From Patescibacteria group bacterium (GTDB lineage Bacteria > Patescibacteriota > WWE3 > UBA101185 > UBA10185): 64,000 nt of DNA. The translations under genes and the position numbers were made by a program. Location: contig JBMORU010000001.1 in the NCBI GenBank assembly GCA_049322215.1, positions 836,023 to 900,022 of the forward strand, given 5' to 3'. The notes beneath the pieces were generated by a model. It was not told where the DNA came from. It did no database searches and saw only the letters and a program-made list of their open reading frames with translations. Shown one piece after another: positions 28,676-38,709 of the stretch. Every line of letters starts with the position of its first letter. Position 1 is the first letter of the stretch.

Positions 28676-29635
28676 CTAGTCTTCGCACTTAAAATGCTGG
28701 CGCAAATCAGCGGCGGCATCTTCTGAAGTTGCTTTATCGCTAACCCAAATTCCTGCACCCATTTCTAAAGCACCAAAAACCTTTATGTGCGGTAAAAATC
28801 CAACATGCCAATGGTAAGGTTCGTAACGTAAATTATGAATCCAAAAGTTTCTATCGGGTCGGTCAAAAAGTTGATTATATGCAACTAATGCACCTTTTAG
28901 TATGCGTGCGAAATCTTGTATTTCTGGTTCTGTTATATACAAAATGTTAGGTCTGTGTTCTTTTGGAACTAAGCGCATTTCATAGCTCCAACGTGATACG
29001 TATGGAACATATAAAACAAAATGAGCAGACTCGTGTATAACTCTTTTTCCATACCCAAGCTCTTTTTGCATTTCATCAGACCAGTAAGAACGCCCAAACT
29101 CATTAAAATAATGTAAAGCAGCACTTTTTTCGCGTTCCATTGTTCCAGGAAATCCTTTTGCTGCAAGTATTTGAGAATGCGGGTGTTCTATAGAGGCACC
29201 TGCTTTGCCACCTCTATTATTAAAAATGAAAACTTCTTTGTCTTTGGCGTTATAATAAGCTACACGATTTAAATACGCACGAATTATACGTACTGTTTGT
29301 TCAATCGGTAAATCTTCTATGTCTTTATCTTCAAAAGGGGAGTGAACTACAATTTCGTGATCTTCCAGTAAAGGAAACTTGTTTTTAAACACTCTAACAT
29401 TCCAGTCATCTTCATCTTGATACAAAGTTGGGGGAGTTAAGTGCTCGTTACCTTTTGCAAAATAATCTGTGCGTTTTTTTGGTTTTTCCGGTTCACTATC
29501 TGAGGGCTTTGCATTTTGAATACTAGAAACTGCACCTGTTTGGTCTACACGTTTTGCTCTGTTTGTGGCTATTATTGTTGGTTCACCTGTTAAAGGATCA
29601 AAAATAAAGGTATTCATTATATTAGTTTCACACAA
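28676..29635 (-). CDS. galT: Galactose-1-phosphate uridylyltransferase
   Basis: DPLTGE..I.ATNRAKR, VRVFKNKFP, GASIEHPHSQ, YHWH. Confidence 0.9.
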   Translation of the reverse strand: MCETNIMNTFIFDPLTGEPTIIATNRAKRVDQTGAVSSIQNAKPSDSEPEKPKKRTDYFAKGNEHLTPPTLYQDEDDWNVRVFKNKFPLLEDHEIVVHSPFEDKDIEDLPIEQTVRIIRAYLNRVAYYNAKDKEVFIFNNRGGKAGASIEHPHSQILAAKGFPGTMEREKSAALHYFNEFGRSYWSDEMQKELGYGKRVIHESAHFVLYVPYVSRWSYEMRLVPKEHRPNILYITEPEIQDFARILKGALVAYNQLFDRPDRNFWIHNLRYEPYHWHVGFLPHIKVFGALEMGAGIWVSDKATSEDAAADLRQHFKCED

Positions 29636-29688
29636 GAAACTTTGTTGTACAACTACCTGATATAAATATATAAGTGTAGAATATTTAC

Positions 29689-30390
29689 GTGAACTTATTA
29701 TTTTTTGCTATGGTTCCAATATCACTTACTATTGCACACCTGTTTGGTCTGCAGTGGAATATTAAATCAAAGAAAGATTTAGATGGACTAAAGTCACTTA
29801 CAGCAGGATTATCAGTAGCATATGTATTTTTGGTTTTAATTCCTGAAATTGCTGCACTTAAAGTTACAACTACAATTGAACCACTTACTTTAGCTTTCTT
29901 CGGATTCATTATTTTTCACTTAACACACTCATTTGTGTTTCAAACTAGAAGTCATATAAAGAGAATTACGCTTCTTGATGAAGTTCATGTGGCTACCGCT
30001 GGTTTATATAATTTTTTATTAGCATTTTTGCTTGTGGAATTGCTTAAAATAAATGTTTTTCAAGGCATAATAGTTTCAGCAATTATAATTACACATACGA
30101 TTCTAAGTGAACTAACACATGCTGATATGCAGCCAAATACAAAGATAAGTGAACAAATTAAACCTACAGTTATAATTTTAGGAACCCTTGCGGGAGGACT
30201 ATTAGCCACCTTTGAAGTAGTGCACTATGCAATTGCCGATATTTTGTTTGGATTTACGGCAGGTGCAATTATTTACATAACCATTAGAGAAGAAATACCG
30301 TCAGATTCAAAAGGGAAACCAAAATGGTTTATAATAGGCGCGGCAATTCTTTATTTAGTAGATCATTTGTTATTAAAACTAACCCTGTAA
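29689..30390 (+). CDS. ZIP-like membrane protein
   Basis: AGLSVAYVFLVLIPE, His-containing TMs, AGAIIYITIREEIP. Confidence 0.65.
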   Translation: MNLLFFAMVPISLTIAHLFGLQWNIKSKKDLDGLKSLTAGLSVAYVFLVLIPEIAALKVTTTIEPLTLAFFGFIIFHLTHSFVFQTRSHIKRITLLDEVHVATAGLYNFLLAFLLVELLKINVFQGIIVSAIIITHTILSELTHADMQPNTKISEQIKPTVIILGTLAGGLLATFEVVHYAIADILFGFTAGAIIYITIREEIPSDSKGKPKWFIIGAAILYLVDHLLLKLTL

Positions 30391-30409
30391 AAAATAAGGA
30401 GACAAATAA

Positions 30410-30688
30410 ATGTCAGAAAATGTAGTGGAAATTACCATTGCTAACATGTCAGGAATTAAGCGCGCAGATAACGGACTTCCAATGTGTACACAAGCTGAAC
30501 TTGAAACTTACATGTGCAAAACAGCAAAAAATAGATTTTGGTTTTCTGCTAATGTAAACGGGAAAGTTGAGTTTTTTCTTTCACGCCAACCAGTACAAAA
30601 AGGCACACTGGTTAGAATTTCCGGGCAAAAAAAGACTATGGCAGTAAATACCTACAGAATGAAATATTTCTTTCTTGAAGACGCCTAA
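30410..30688 (+). CDS. Orphan beta-rich small protein (dispersed unit)
   Basis: TAAGGAG SD; long 3' hairpin. Confidence 0.75.
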   Translation: MSENVVEITIANMSGIKRADNGLPMCTQAELETYMCKTAKNRFWFSANVNGKVEFFLSRQPVQKGTLVRISGQKKTMAVNTYRMKYFFLEDA

Positions 30689-30690
30689 AA

Positions 30691-30736
30691 GGTTAGATTC
30701 TGTTCTCACAAAGGGGATAGAATCTAACCATTTTTT
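30691..30736 (+). terminator. Long-stem hairpin plus T-tract
   Basis: GGTTAGATTCTGTTCTC-acaaa-GGGGATAGAATCTAACC-aT6 (17 bp, three G-U). Confidence 0.8.
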
Positions 30737-30744
30737 GTTAAAAT

Positions 30745-31857
30745 GTGGTCATGAAAAAAATTGCAATTTTTATTGTTTTGCCTCTTTTGCTTTTAATGTT
30801 TACCGGGAAAGCACACGCACAGGTAACTTCTGAAACACAAACAGGTGTAATTAAAAGCATAGAAGCATTAAGCAGCAATCCAATAGTCACTGGGCAACCA
30901 AATATTGTACTTAAGGTAGAACTTACGTCTGGAAAAAATAAAGGCAAAGAAATAACAATTGATTTAAGCAACGATATAGCAGCCTTAAATAAAAACTATC
31001 AAGCCGGAAATAAAATCCTTGTTCAAAAAGCCATTAATGAGCAAGGAGAAGAAATATATTATGTTAATGACTTTTTAAGAACTAACGCACTTATTGGACT
31101 TGCAATAATATTTGTTATTGCCGTATTAGTTGTAAGTAAAACCTGGGGACTTGCGTCTATTTTGGGAATGGCTTATTCCTTTTTTATAATTTTCAAATTT
31201 ATGCTACCTAATTTACTCAACGGATATGACCCTCTTTTAGTTGCAATTGTTGGTGCAATTTTAATATCACCTGTTACATTTTACTTTTCTCATGGATTCA
31301 ATAAAAAAACCACTGTTGCATTAATTGGTACTTTTATAGCTTTGCTAATTACTGAAGTGTTATCAACAATTGCCATTAATATGTCGCACTTAACAGGTTT
31401 TGGGTCTGAGGAAGCTTACTTTTTAAACTTAGCTAGTAAAGGAACTATTAATATGAAAGGCATTTTTTTAGCCGGAATAATAATAGGCACACTTGGGATA
31501 CTTGATGACGTAACTGTTTCACAAGCTTCGATTGTAAACCAACTTAAAAAGGCCAACAAAACTCTAACTCAAGCAGACTTGTTTAAAAGAGCAATGCATG
31601 TTGGACACGATCACATTACATCTACAGTAAACACACTCATTTTAGTTTATACAGGAGCCGCTATGCCTTTATTATTGTTATTTTTGAATTCTCAAAAATC
31701 GTTTATAGAACTCATTAATACAGAAATGGTTGCTGAAGAAATAATTCGAACGATGGTAGGAAGTATTGGTCTTATAGCCGCGGTGCCCATAACTACCTTA
31801 ATAGCGGTTTATGCATTAACAGGTGATGAAGACGACTCATTAGCACATCATCATTGA
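30745..31857 (+). CDS. YibE/F family membrane protein
   Basis: GILDDVTVSQAS, GHDHITSTVNTLILVYTGA, EIIRTMVGSIG. Confidence 0.92.
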   Translation: MVMKKIAIFIVLPLLLLMFTGKAHAQVTSETQTGVIKSIEALSSNPIVTGQPNIVLKVELTSGKNKGKEITIDLSNDIAALNKNYQAGNKILVQKAINEQGEEIYYVNDFLRTNALIGLAIIFVIAVLVVSKTWGLASILGMAYSFFIIFKFMLPNLLNGYDPLLVAIVGAILISPVTFYFSHGFNKKTTVALIGTFIALLITEVLSTIAINMSHLTGFGSEEAYFLNLASKGTINMKGIFLAGIIIGTLGILDDVTVSQASIVNQLKKANKTLTQADLFKRAMHVGHDHITSTVNTLILVYTGAAMPLLLLFLNSQKSFIELINTEMVAEEIIRTMVGSIGLIAAVPITTLIAVYALTGDEDDSLAHHH

Positions 31858-33026
31858 TTTTTGCTTTTGTGGTAACTCCCAATTGCTTCTGAAATATTTG
31901 AGTAACCATCTTTATGTATTAATGTAATTAATTCTTGTGAAATTTCGGAAGCTAGCTGAGGCCCACAATATATCATTCCGGTTATAAGTTGTACTAAAGA
32001 GGCGCCATACTTAATTTTTCTGTATGCATCTTTTGCATTAAAAATACCACCGCATCCAACTAAAATAATGTTTTTTCCAAAATGCTTATAAGATTTTTTT
32101 ATAAGTAAATCAGATCCTTTTTTGGTTGGAAATCCACTAAAGTTACCCTTTAATTTAGATATAGCTGCTACTTCTTTTTGATTTAAAAACGTATTATCTC
32201 TGTTTTTTACTAAATTAGACAAAATGAATTTATTTACCCCCATATTGGTACATAACTGCATGATTTCTTTAGTATGAGAAAACTCAAGCTCGTTAGGCAT
32301 TTTCACAAAAATGGGCTTTTTAATGTTTAGCTGCATTATTTCGTATAAAAGAGATTTTAGGTTATTGAGGTCAGTAAACGATTCAGTCATTGCAGTATTT
32401 GGGCAGCTTATATTTAATTCAAAATACTTAATGCAACTTTTATGCTTAAAAACATTAAATGTAGCTACATAGTCATTAATTGCTTTAGATATAGTATTTA
32501 TACTTGGAACATTAGAACTACCAACACTAATGCCTACTACAGAACTTTGTAAACTCATAGAATTTAGACGAAATGCTACATTTTCGGCTCCTGCAGATTT
32601 AAATCCTTTGTTAACCAAAAGTGATCTTGATTGGGGAAGTCTGTACAACTGCGGATATTTGTTTCCTTCGTATTGACGATATGTAACAGAACCAACAGTG
32701 TTAAAACCAAAACCCAAACAAGACATAAACTGAGCCAGATTTCCATCATAGTCAAACCCCGCAGCTAAACCTACCGGATTACTAAAATTAATGCCAGCAA
32801 TAGTTTGTGATAATATTTCTGACTTACACACAAATGCTTTTTTAGTAAGAGCTGATAAATATGTCGATTTGCTTAAACTTTCTCCTATAGATAAAGCCTG
32901 CGCATGTACGATGTGCGGGTCTATTTTAAACAAAACAGGCTTTAAAGCATTTTTGTACGTATTTGAAATTATTTTTGTACTTAACATATACTTAGTGAAA
33001 TCTATCAGGTAAATTGATTTTAACAA
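31851..33026 (-). CDS. pyrD: Dihydroorotate dehydrogenase, class 2 (quinone)
   Basis: NPVGLAAGFD, LYRLP, ELNISCPNT, GCGGI, GASLVQL. Confidence 0.92.
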   Translation of the reverse strand: MLKSIYLIDFTKYMLSTKIISNTYKNALKPVLFKIDPHIVHAQALSIGESLSKSTYLSALTKKAFVCKSEILSQTIAGINFSNPVGLAAGFDYDGNLAQFMSCLGFGFNTVGSVTYRQYEGNKYPQLYRLPQSRSLLVNKGFKSAGAENVAFRLNSMSLQSSVVGISVGSSNVPSINTISKAINDYVATFNVFKHKSCIKYFELNISCPNTAMTESFTDLNNLKSLLYEIMQLNIKKPIFVKMPNELEFSHTKEIMQLCTNMGVNKFILSNLVKNRDNTFLNQKEVAAISKLKGNFSGFPTKKGSDLLIKKSYKHFGKNIILVGCGGIFNAKDAYRKIKYGASLVQLITGMIYCGPQLASEISQELITLIHKDGYSNISEAIGSYHKSKNQ

Positions 33027-33051
33027 AATTTATACGAAAGGCCTTATATTT

Positions 33052-33990
33052 ATGAATACAGGACACCACAAAACAAAAGCAGTAATTGTAGGAGCAGGAC
33101 GTGTTGGTTCTACCTTAGCATACGCATTATCTTTAAAATTGCTAGTTTCAGAAATAGTACTAATTGATATTGATGAAAAAAGAGCAATGGGAGAAGCTAT
33201 GGATTTAAACCACGGGTTGTCTTATTACGAAAACATAAAAATACACAGCGGAACTTACGAAGATGCAAAAGGAGCTTCATATATTTTAATTACTTCTGGA
33301 ATTAGTCAAAAGCCTGGCCAAACTAGACTAGACTTAGTTAAACAAAATGTAGAAATAATAAAAGACATTGTACCTAAATTGGCAGAATATAATTCAACAG
33401 CTCAATATGTACTAATAAGTAATCCTGTAGATGTTTTAACATATGTAACGTTAAAAATTACCGGATTCAAGAGACATCAGGTGTTTGGTACAGGTACCAC
33501 TCTTGATACAGCCCGCTATAAATACTTAATTGGGCACCACTTTAATGTAAGTCCATCTAATGTGCATGCCTTCATAGTGGGGGAACATGGAGATAGCGAA
33601 GTTCCGTTACTAAGTATGGCCAATATATCAGGAGTTCCTTTAACAAAGTTTGAGGAGTTTGATTTAAACAAAATGAACGAAATATTTGAATCAACCAAAA
33701 CTGCTGCTTACAAAATTGTTGAAGCTAAAGGATCTACATACTATGCAATTGGTTTAGTTACAGCAGAAATTGTTCAATCAATGGAACACAACCAAAAGAA
33801 AATATTTCCTGTTTCATCTTTGATTGAAGGGCAACTAGGCATAGAAAACGTATGTTTGAGCTTACCAACAGTTGTTGAAGGTACAGGAGTAGGGGATATT
33901 ATTAATATTTTCCCAACAGAAGAAGAGACTCAAAAAATACAAGCTTCTGCGAAAGTGCTTCAGCAAGTCATTAAAGACGTGGGGTTTTAA
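33052..33990 (+). CDS. ldh: L-lactate dehydrogenase
   Basis: GAGRVG, QKPGQTRLDL, NPVD, LDTAR, GEHGDS. Confidence 0.95.
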   Translation: MNTGHHKTKAVIVGAGRVGSTLAYALSLKLLVSEIVLIDIDEKRAMGEAMDLNHGLSYYENIKIHSGTYEDAKGASYILITSGISQKPGQTRLDLVKQNVEIIKDIVPKLAEYNSTAQYVLISNPVDVLTYVTLKITGFKRHQVFGTGTTLDTARYKYLIGHHFNVSPSNVHAFIVGEHGDSEVPLLSMANISGVPLTKFEEFDLNKMNEIFESTKTAAYKIVEAKGSTYYAIGLVTAEIVQSMEHNQKKIFPVSSLIEGQLGIENVCLSLPTVVEGTGVGDIINIFPTEEETQKIQASAKVLQQVIKDVGF

Positions 33991-34027
33991 TCTACAATAA
34001 TGCTTAAAAAATGCTAAAATCAAAAAC

Positions 34028-34975
34028 GTGCACTCTCCTAGGGTTATAGAAGTAACAAACCTAATTAAGAAATATAAAAAGGCAAACAAAAATGCCGTAG
34101 ATGGAGTTTCTTTTTATGTAGAAAAGGGATCATTTTTTTCGCTTTTAGGACCAAATGGAGCAGGAAAAACAACTACTCTTTCAATATTAAACACAACATT
34201 GTCAAAAACATCCGGGCAAGTAGAACTGGCCGGATTTGATTTAGAAAAAAGCCCGGATATGGTTAGAAAAAATATTGGGGTAATTTTTCAAAACCCCAGT
34301 TTAGATATAAACCTAACTGCGGAGGAAAATGTTAGATTTCACGCAAATATATATGGCTTGTATTCATATAGACCAACATTTAGCATGATGCCCGAAGAAT
34401 ACAAAAGCCGTGTAATGGATTTAGCAAATGTACTTGGAATAAAAGAAGAAATATTTCAGCCTGTAAAATCATTGTCAGGCGGAATGAAACGAAAACTGGA
34501 AATAATAAGAGGATTAATGCATAAGCCTAAAATTTTATTTTTAGACGAACCAACAACGGGATTAGATCCTTTAAGTAGAAGACATTTGTGGGAGTATTTA
34601 CAAAAAATAAGAGAAGAGGAAAAGGTAACTATATTTTTAACAACTCACTATTTAGAAGAAGCTGAAAGCTCAGATTATCTTGCCATAATAAAAGATGGCA
34701 AAATAGTTTCTAAAGGAACTCCTACCGAAATCAAAAATGCCCTTATAAAAGAATACTTAATATTTGATGCAGAAAATAGGAATCAACTAGAAAAGGAACT
34801 AATCGACAAAAATATAGACTTTAAAGGTACGGGTCCTTTCAAAGTACAATTAAACGGAAACACTGGGCAAAGTATAATAAAAAATCTTGATACAAAGTTA
34901 AGCTTACTCGACATTAACAGACCAACACTTGAAGAAGCTTATTTGCAAATAATAGGAGCAGGTGAAAATGAATAA
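34028..34975 (+). CDS. ABC exporter ATP-binding protein (DrrA-like)
   Basis: GPNGAGKT, LSGGMKR, LFLDEPT, TTHY. Confidence 0.95.
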   Translation: MHSPRVIEVTNLIKKYKKANKNAVDGVSFYVEKGSFFSLLGPNGAGKTTTLSILNTTLSKTSGQVELAGFDLEKSPDMVRKNIGVIFQNPSLDINLTAEENVRFHANIYGLYSYRPTFSMMPEEYKSRVMDLANVLGIKEEIFQPVKSLSGGMKRKLEIIRGLMHKPKILFLDEPTTGLDPLSRRHLWEYLQKIREEEKVTIFLTTHYLEEAESSDYLAIIKDGKIVSKGTPTEIKNALIKEYLIFDAENRNQLEKELIDKNIDFKGTGPFKVQLNGNTGQSIIKNLDTKLSLLDINRPTLEEAYLQIIGAGENE

Positions 34976-35750
34976 AGAGTTAACTGCAATTATTACAATT
35001 GCATTCAGAGATCTTACAAAATTAATGAGAGATAAATTTAGAATTGCCGCAAACTTTGTTTTTCCTTTGATTTTTATTGGCGTGTTAGGAACAAGTTTAC
35101 AGTCTAATTTACAAGAAAACTTACAATACAACTTTTTAACTTTTGTTTTTACCGGAGTTGTCGCACAAACATTATTTCAATCAACTGCGGCAGGTTTAAT
35201 TTCACTAATTGAAGATAGGCAAAATGACTTTGCTCAAGAACTTTTTATATCTCCAATTTCCAGATATTCCATAATCATAGGAAAAATCTTGGGCGAAACA
35301 ATGGTAGCTTTTGTACAAATAACAGGGGTGCTTATTTTTGGCTTATTCTTTAATGTTCCTTTGGATATATTAACTTTAGTAAAACTTATACCCATAGGAA
35401 TTCTAATTGCGTTTTTTGGAGGTGCCTTTGGTGTTATTGTAATGGCAAACTTTAGTGATCAACGCACGGCAAATCAAATATTTCCATTTCTTCTATTTCC
35501 TCAGTTCTTCTTAGCTGGAGTTTTTAACCCAATCAAAGTGCTACCAACACCTATTTTGATACTTTCACGTATTGCCCCTTTAACATATGCCGTAGACCTA
35601 TTAAGAAGCATGTATTACGCAGGAAAGCCTGAGGCAGCGCATGCAGTTTTATATCCAGTTTGGTTAAATTTAACTATAGTAGGAGTATTTCTAATTTTAT
35701 TTTTAGTAGCGGGCACACTTTTATTTGTCAAAAAAGAAAAAAACAGATAA
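34962..35750 (+). CDS. ABC-2 type permease
   Basis: 6 TM helices, PLTYAVDLLR; overlaps the ATPase gene. Confidence 0.92.
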   Translation: MKMNKELTAIITIAFRDLTKLMRDKFRIAANFVFPLIFIGVLGTSLQSNLQENLQYNFLTFVFTGVVAQTLFQSTAAGLISLIEDRQNDFAQELFISPISRYSIIIGKILGETMVAFVQITGVLIFGLFFNVPLDILTLVKLIPIGILIAFFGGAFGVIVMANFSDQRTANQIFPFLLFPQFFLAGVFNPIKVLPTPILILSRIAPLTYAVDLLRSMYYAGKPEAAHAVLYPVWLNLTIVGVFLILFLVAGTLLFVKKEKNR

Positions 35751-36392
35751 CTAAAATAGAGTAGGGCGACTAAAGCTTTGCGTTAAGTTTTCTTTATCAA
35801 CTTTTATTCTTTGTAATCTCTCTAAATCAAAAAAGTTTTTCACACCATATTTTTTTGAAGCAATTTTTACTAACTCAATAAGTACAACTGCGGTAGCCTC
35901 TGCATCGGGCAATGCTCTATGTCTAGCTGAAATTTTAATATTAAAATATTCCGATAGGGTATCTAAATTAGCACTTGGTAAATTAGGTAGCAGTTTTCTA
36001 CTAAGTTGTACTGTACAAATTCTTGGAACTTCAAACAAATGACCTACATTTTGCATTTCAGAGGCAATAAAGGGGTAATCAAAACCCACATTATGTGCAA
36101 CAAAAATAGTGTCATTAGTTAATTCGTTAACTTTATGGGCAATTTCCCTAAAAATAGGCTTTCCTGCTACATCAGCATCTCTAAGATTTGTAAATGTTGT
36201 TATCCAGTATGGAATTTTTTGCCGCGGATCAATTAAAGTTTCCCACTTATCTATAATTTCCCCATTTTTCACTAACACAATACCTATGTCCATTACTTTA
36301 TTATGTTCAGGAAACATTCCGGTAGTTTCAGTATCGATTACAGAAAAAGTTATATCGTTTATAGATTTATTAACCAGTTCATTTATGTGCAT
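35751..36392 (-). CDS. DnaQ/DEDDh 3'-5' exonuclease
   Basis: DTETTG, VAHNVGFD, HRALPDA. Confidence 0.93.
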   Translation of the reverse strand: MHINELVNKSINDITFSVIDTETTGMFPEHNKVMDIGIVLVKNGEIIDKWETLIDPRQKIPYWITTFTNLRDADVAGKPIFREIAHKVNELTNDTIFVAHNVGFDYPFIASEMQNVGHLFEVPRICTVQLSRKLLPNLPSANLDTLSEYFNIKISARHRALPDAEATAVVLIELVKIASKKYGVKNFFDLERLQRIKVDKENLTQSFSRPTLF

Positions 36393-37368
36393 TTTCTTTA
36401 GATCTGTATTTTGTATGCCAATCCCAAGCAGTTTGAATTATATCCTTTATGCTATTGTACTCCGGTTCCCAATTTAAAACTTCGCGTGCCTTTTTACCTC
36501 CAGAACATAACTCAGGTGGATCTCCAGCCCGTCGAGGTGCTTCATCAACTTTAAAATTAACACCAGTAACTTCTTTTGCAGCCTCTATTATTTCTTTAAC
36601 AGTAAAACCGTAACCTAGACCTAAATTAAAGAAATCAGAATTTCCTCCACTTTGTAAATACTCAACGGCTTTTAAATGTGCCTGCGCCAAATCAGTTACA
36701 TGTACATAGTCTCTTAAACAAGTGCCATCTTTAGTGGCATAATCAGTCCCAAAAATTTTTATGCTGTCTCTAATACCTAGTGCGGCATCAAGTACTAAAG
36801 GAATTAAGTGATGTTCGGGCTGGTGCATTTCTCCGATTTCAGAATCTGCAGCACAACCTGCAGCATTAAAATATCTGAATGCGACAAATTTTAAACCGTA
36901 TGCTTTGGCATAATCGGTCAAAATTTTTTCTGTAAATAACTTACTCATGCCATAGGGATTAATTGGATCTTGATTTTGTGTTTCTAAAATAGGCATTTCT
37001 TCGGGCATGCCATAAGTTGCACTTGTTGAAGAGTAAACAAGAGTATTAACGTTATGTTCACGCATAGAGTCAAGTAAGTTAAGTGTGCCTAATACGTTAT
37101 TTCTGTAATATTTTCCAGGATTAGAAACCGAATCAGCTACATCTGCAAAAGCGGCAAAATGTATAACTGCTTCAAAATCATATTTATCAAAAACTGAATC
37201 AAGCTGCTGCTTATTTAACAAATTAGCTTTTTCGAAAGCACCCCATTTAACTAATTCTTCAAATCCATTACTTAAATCATCTAAAACTACGGTATTTATA
37301 CCTTTTTCGTTTAAATACTTATTCATGTGTGAACCTATGTAGCCCGCACCACCAGTGACTAATATCAT
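36379..37368 (-). CDS. galE: UDP-glucose 4-epimerase
   Basis: GGAGYIGSH, YGMSK, RYFNAAG, DGTCLRDYVHV. Confidence 0.97.
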   Translation of the reverse strand: MILVTGGAGYIGSHMNKYLNEKGINTVVLDDLSNGFEELVKWGAFEKANLLNKQQLDSVFDKYDFEAVIHFAAFADVADSVSNPGKYYRNNVLGTLNLLDSMREHNVNTLVYSSTSATYGMPEEMPILETQNQDPINPYGMSKLFTEKILTDYAKAYGLKFVAFRYFNAAGCAADSEIGEMHQPEHHLIPLVLDAALGIRDSIKIFGTDYATKDGTCLRDYVHVTDLAQAHLKAVEYLQSGGNSDFFNLGLGYGFTVKEIIEAAKEVTGVNFKVDEAPRRAGDPPELCSGGKKAREVLNWEPEYNSIKDIIQTAWDWHTKYRSKENAHK

Positions 37369-37394
37369 ACTTTTACCTCAATTAATTTAAATAA

Positions 37395-37805
37395 CTAGTA
37401 TTGATTTTTTACCTTAATACTTACAAACGATTCTGTGTCTTTTGCTTCAATTCTCAAATAAAACTCGTCTTTATTTTTTTCATAAAGTTTGTAATAAACA
37501 TCATCAGGAAGATCATCGCTAATATCGTCGGGGCCACCCCAGCCGCGACTTCTTAATTCTGCTTTATAATAGGCGCTTATTTCTTCTTCTGTGTCGTTAG
37601 TTAATAACTCAACTTTCATTTCTTCTAAATGATCTGACTTTTTCGTAGATGAATCTAGCACAACAGCATCGGCATATATGGGTAAATCCATTGTTATATA
37701 AGATCCGGGATATTTGTATCTATTATCTTGCACATATATTAAGGATATACTTAAGAATAAAAGAAAAACGATTAGAAAAATTATAAAAACTTTATTCCTA
37801 TTCAT
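37395..37805 (-). CDS. Membrane-anchored hypothetical protein
   Basis: N-terminal TM; LPIYADA...YYKAELRSRGW. Confidence 0.7.
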   Translation of the reverse strand: MNRNKVFIIFLIVFLLFLSISLIYVQDNRYKYPGSYITMDLPIYADAVVLDSSTKKSDHLEEMKVELLTNDTEEEISAYYKAELRSRGWGGPDDISDDLPDDVYYKLYEKNKDEFYLRIEAKDTESFVSIKVKNQY

Positions 37806-37817
37806 ATGTATATAATA

Positions 37818-38651
37818 TCAAAGACTATGGTAATAGTCCTTTGCAATTTTAGCGCTTATTTCGATATCGGGAGTTTCAACGCTTACCCAACCAGAAACGT
37901 CATTTTCCTTTAATACTTGTAGCAATGTTTTCCACTCAAATTCGGTTTCCTCTTTTAAGGTACGGTGTTTTATTTCACCTTTTTCAGAGTAAATAATACC
38001 GCTTATGTGAATATGTAAGTTTTTTAGTGCTGATACGCCCAAACTTCCACTTATTTTATTCAAAGTTTGCTGAAAACTTTTTTTCCCGTTTTCTTTTCCA
38101 TTTGTTCTAGCGTAATAGTGTGAAAAATCAACGCAAATAGAAGTTTGTTTATTAAACGCGGTTGAAACAGCTAAAATATCATCAACCGAACCAAACTGAG
38201 TTGGCTTTCCTGTAGTTTCAGGAGCTATAAGCACATCAAGGGTATCAGTGTAGTCTAGCTTTGAAATAACATCGCGTAAACCTGTCACTACTCTTGATGT
38301 TACAACTTCTGGTGAATCTCCGTGCGTAAAAGCAGGATGAAAAGTAATGCTTTTTGCCCCCAACTCGTGTCCTTTAATAATAGTGTTTATCACACGTTCA
38401 ATACTTGCTTCAAACTTACTTTTATCTAATGAATTAAAGTTTATCCAGTAAGGTCCGTGAACGGTTAGTGTTAAATCTAAATTTTGAGCTTTTTGCTTAA
38501 CCGCAGAAGCCAGTGCAGAGCTCATATTTACTCCATGTGTAAATAAAACTTCCATACCGTCTAAGCCATATTGCTTTATGTAATCTAAACCGGCCAATAT
38601 TCCCTTAGGTTTTGCAGGGGTCGGTATGCCAGGAGAATGAAATCTTAACAT
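37818..38651 (-). CDS. nfo: Endonuclease IV-like TIM barrel protein
   Basis: HGPYWIN, FHPA, PETTGK, DFSH, HIHISG, E.KH. Confidence 0.85.
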   Translation of the reverse strand: MLRFHSPGIPTPAKPKGILAGLDYIKQYGLDGMEVLFTHGVNMSSALASAVKQKAQNLDLTLTVHGPYWINFNSLDKSKFEASIERVINTIIKGHELGAKSITFHPAFTHGDSPEVVTSRVVTGLRDVISKLDYTDTLDVLIAPETTGKPTQFGSVDDILAVSTAFNKQTSICVDFSHYYARTNGKENGKKSFQQTLNKISGSLGVSALKNLHIHISGIIYSEKGEIKHRTLKEETEFEWKTLLQVLKENDVSGWVSVETPDIEISAKIAKDYYHSL

Positions 38652-38709
38652 TTACCGAGTGTAACACAGATGCCTTGACCATAAGTATTTACAAGGATAT
38701 TCTTTATGT

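Noticed and set aside
3577-32890. CCTATAG matches inside coding regions (e.g. about 3578 and 32884)
   Set aside because: No adjacent -35/-10 pair; expected by chance.
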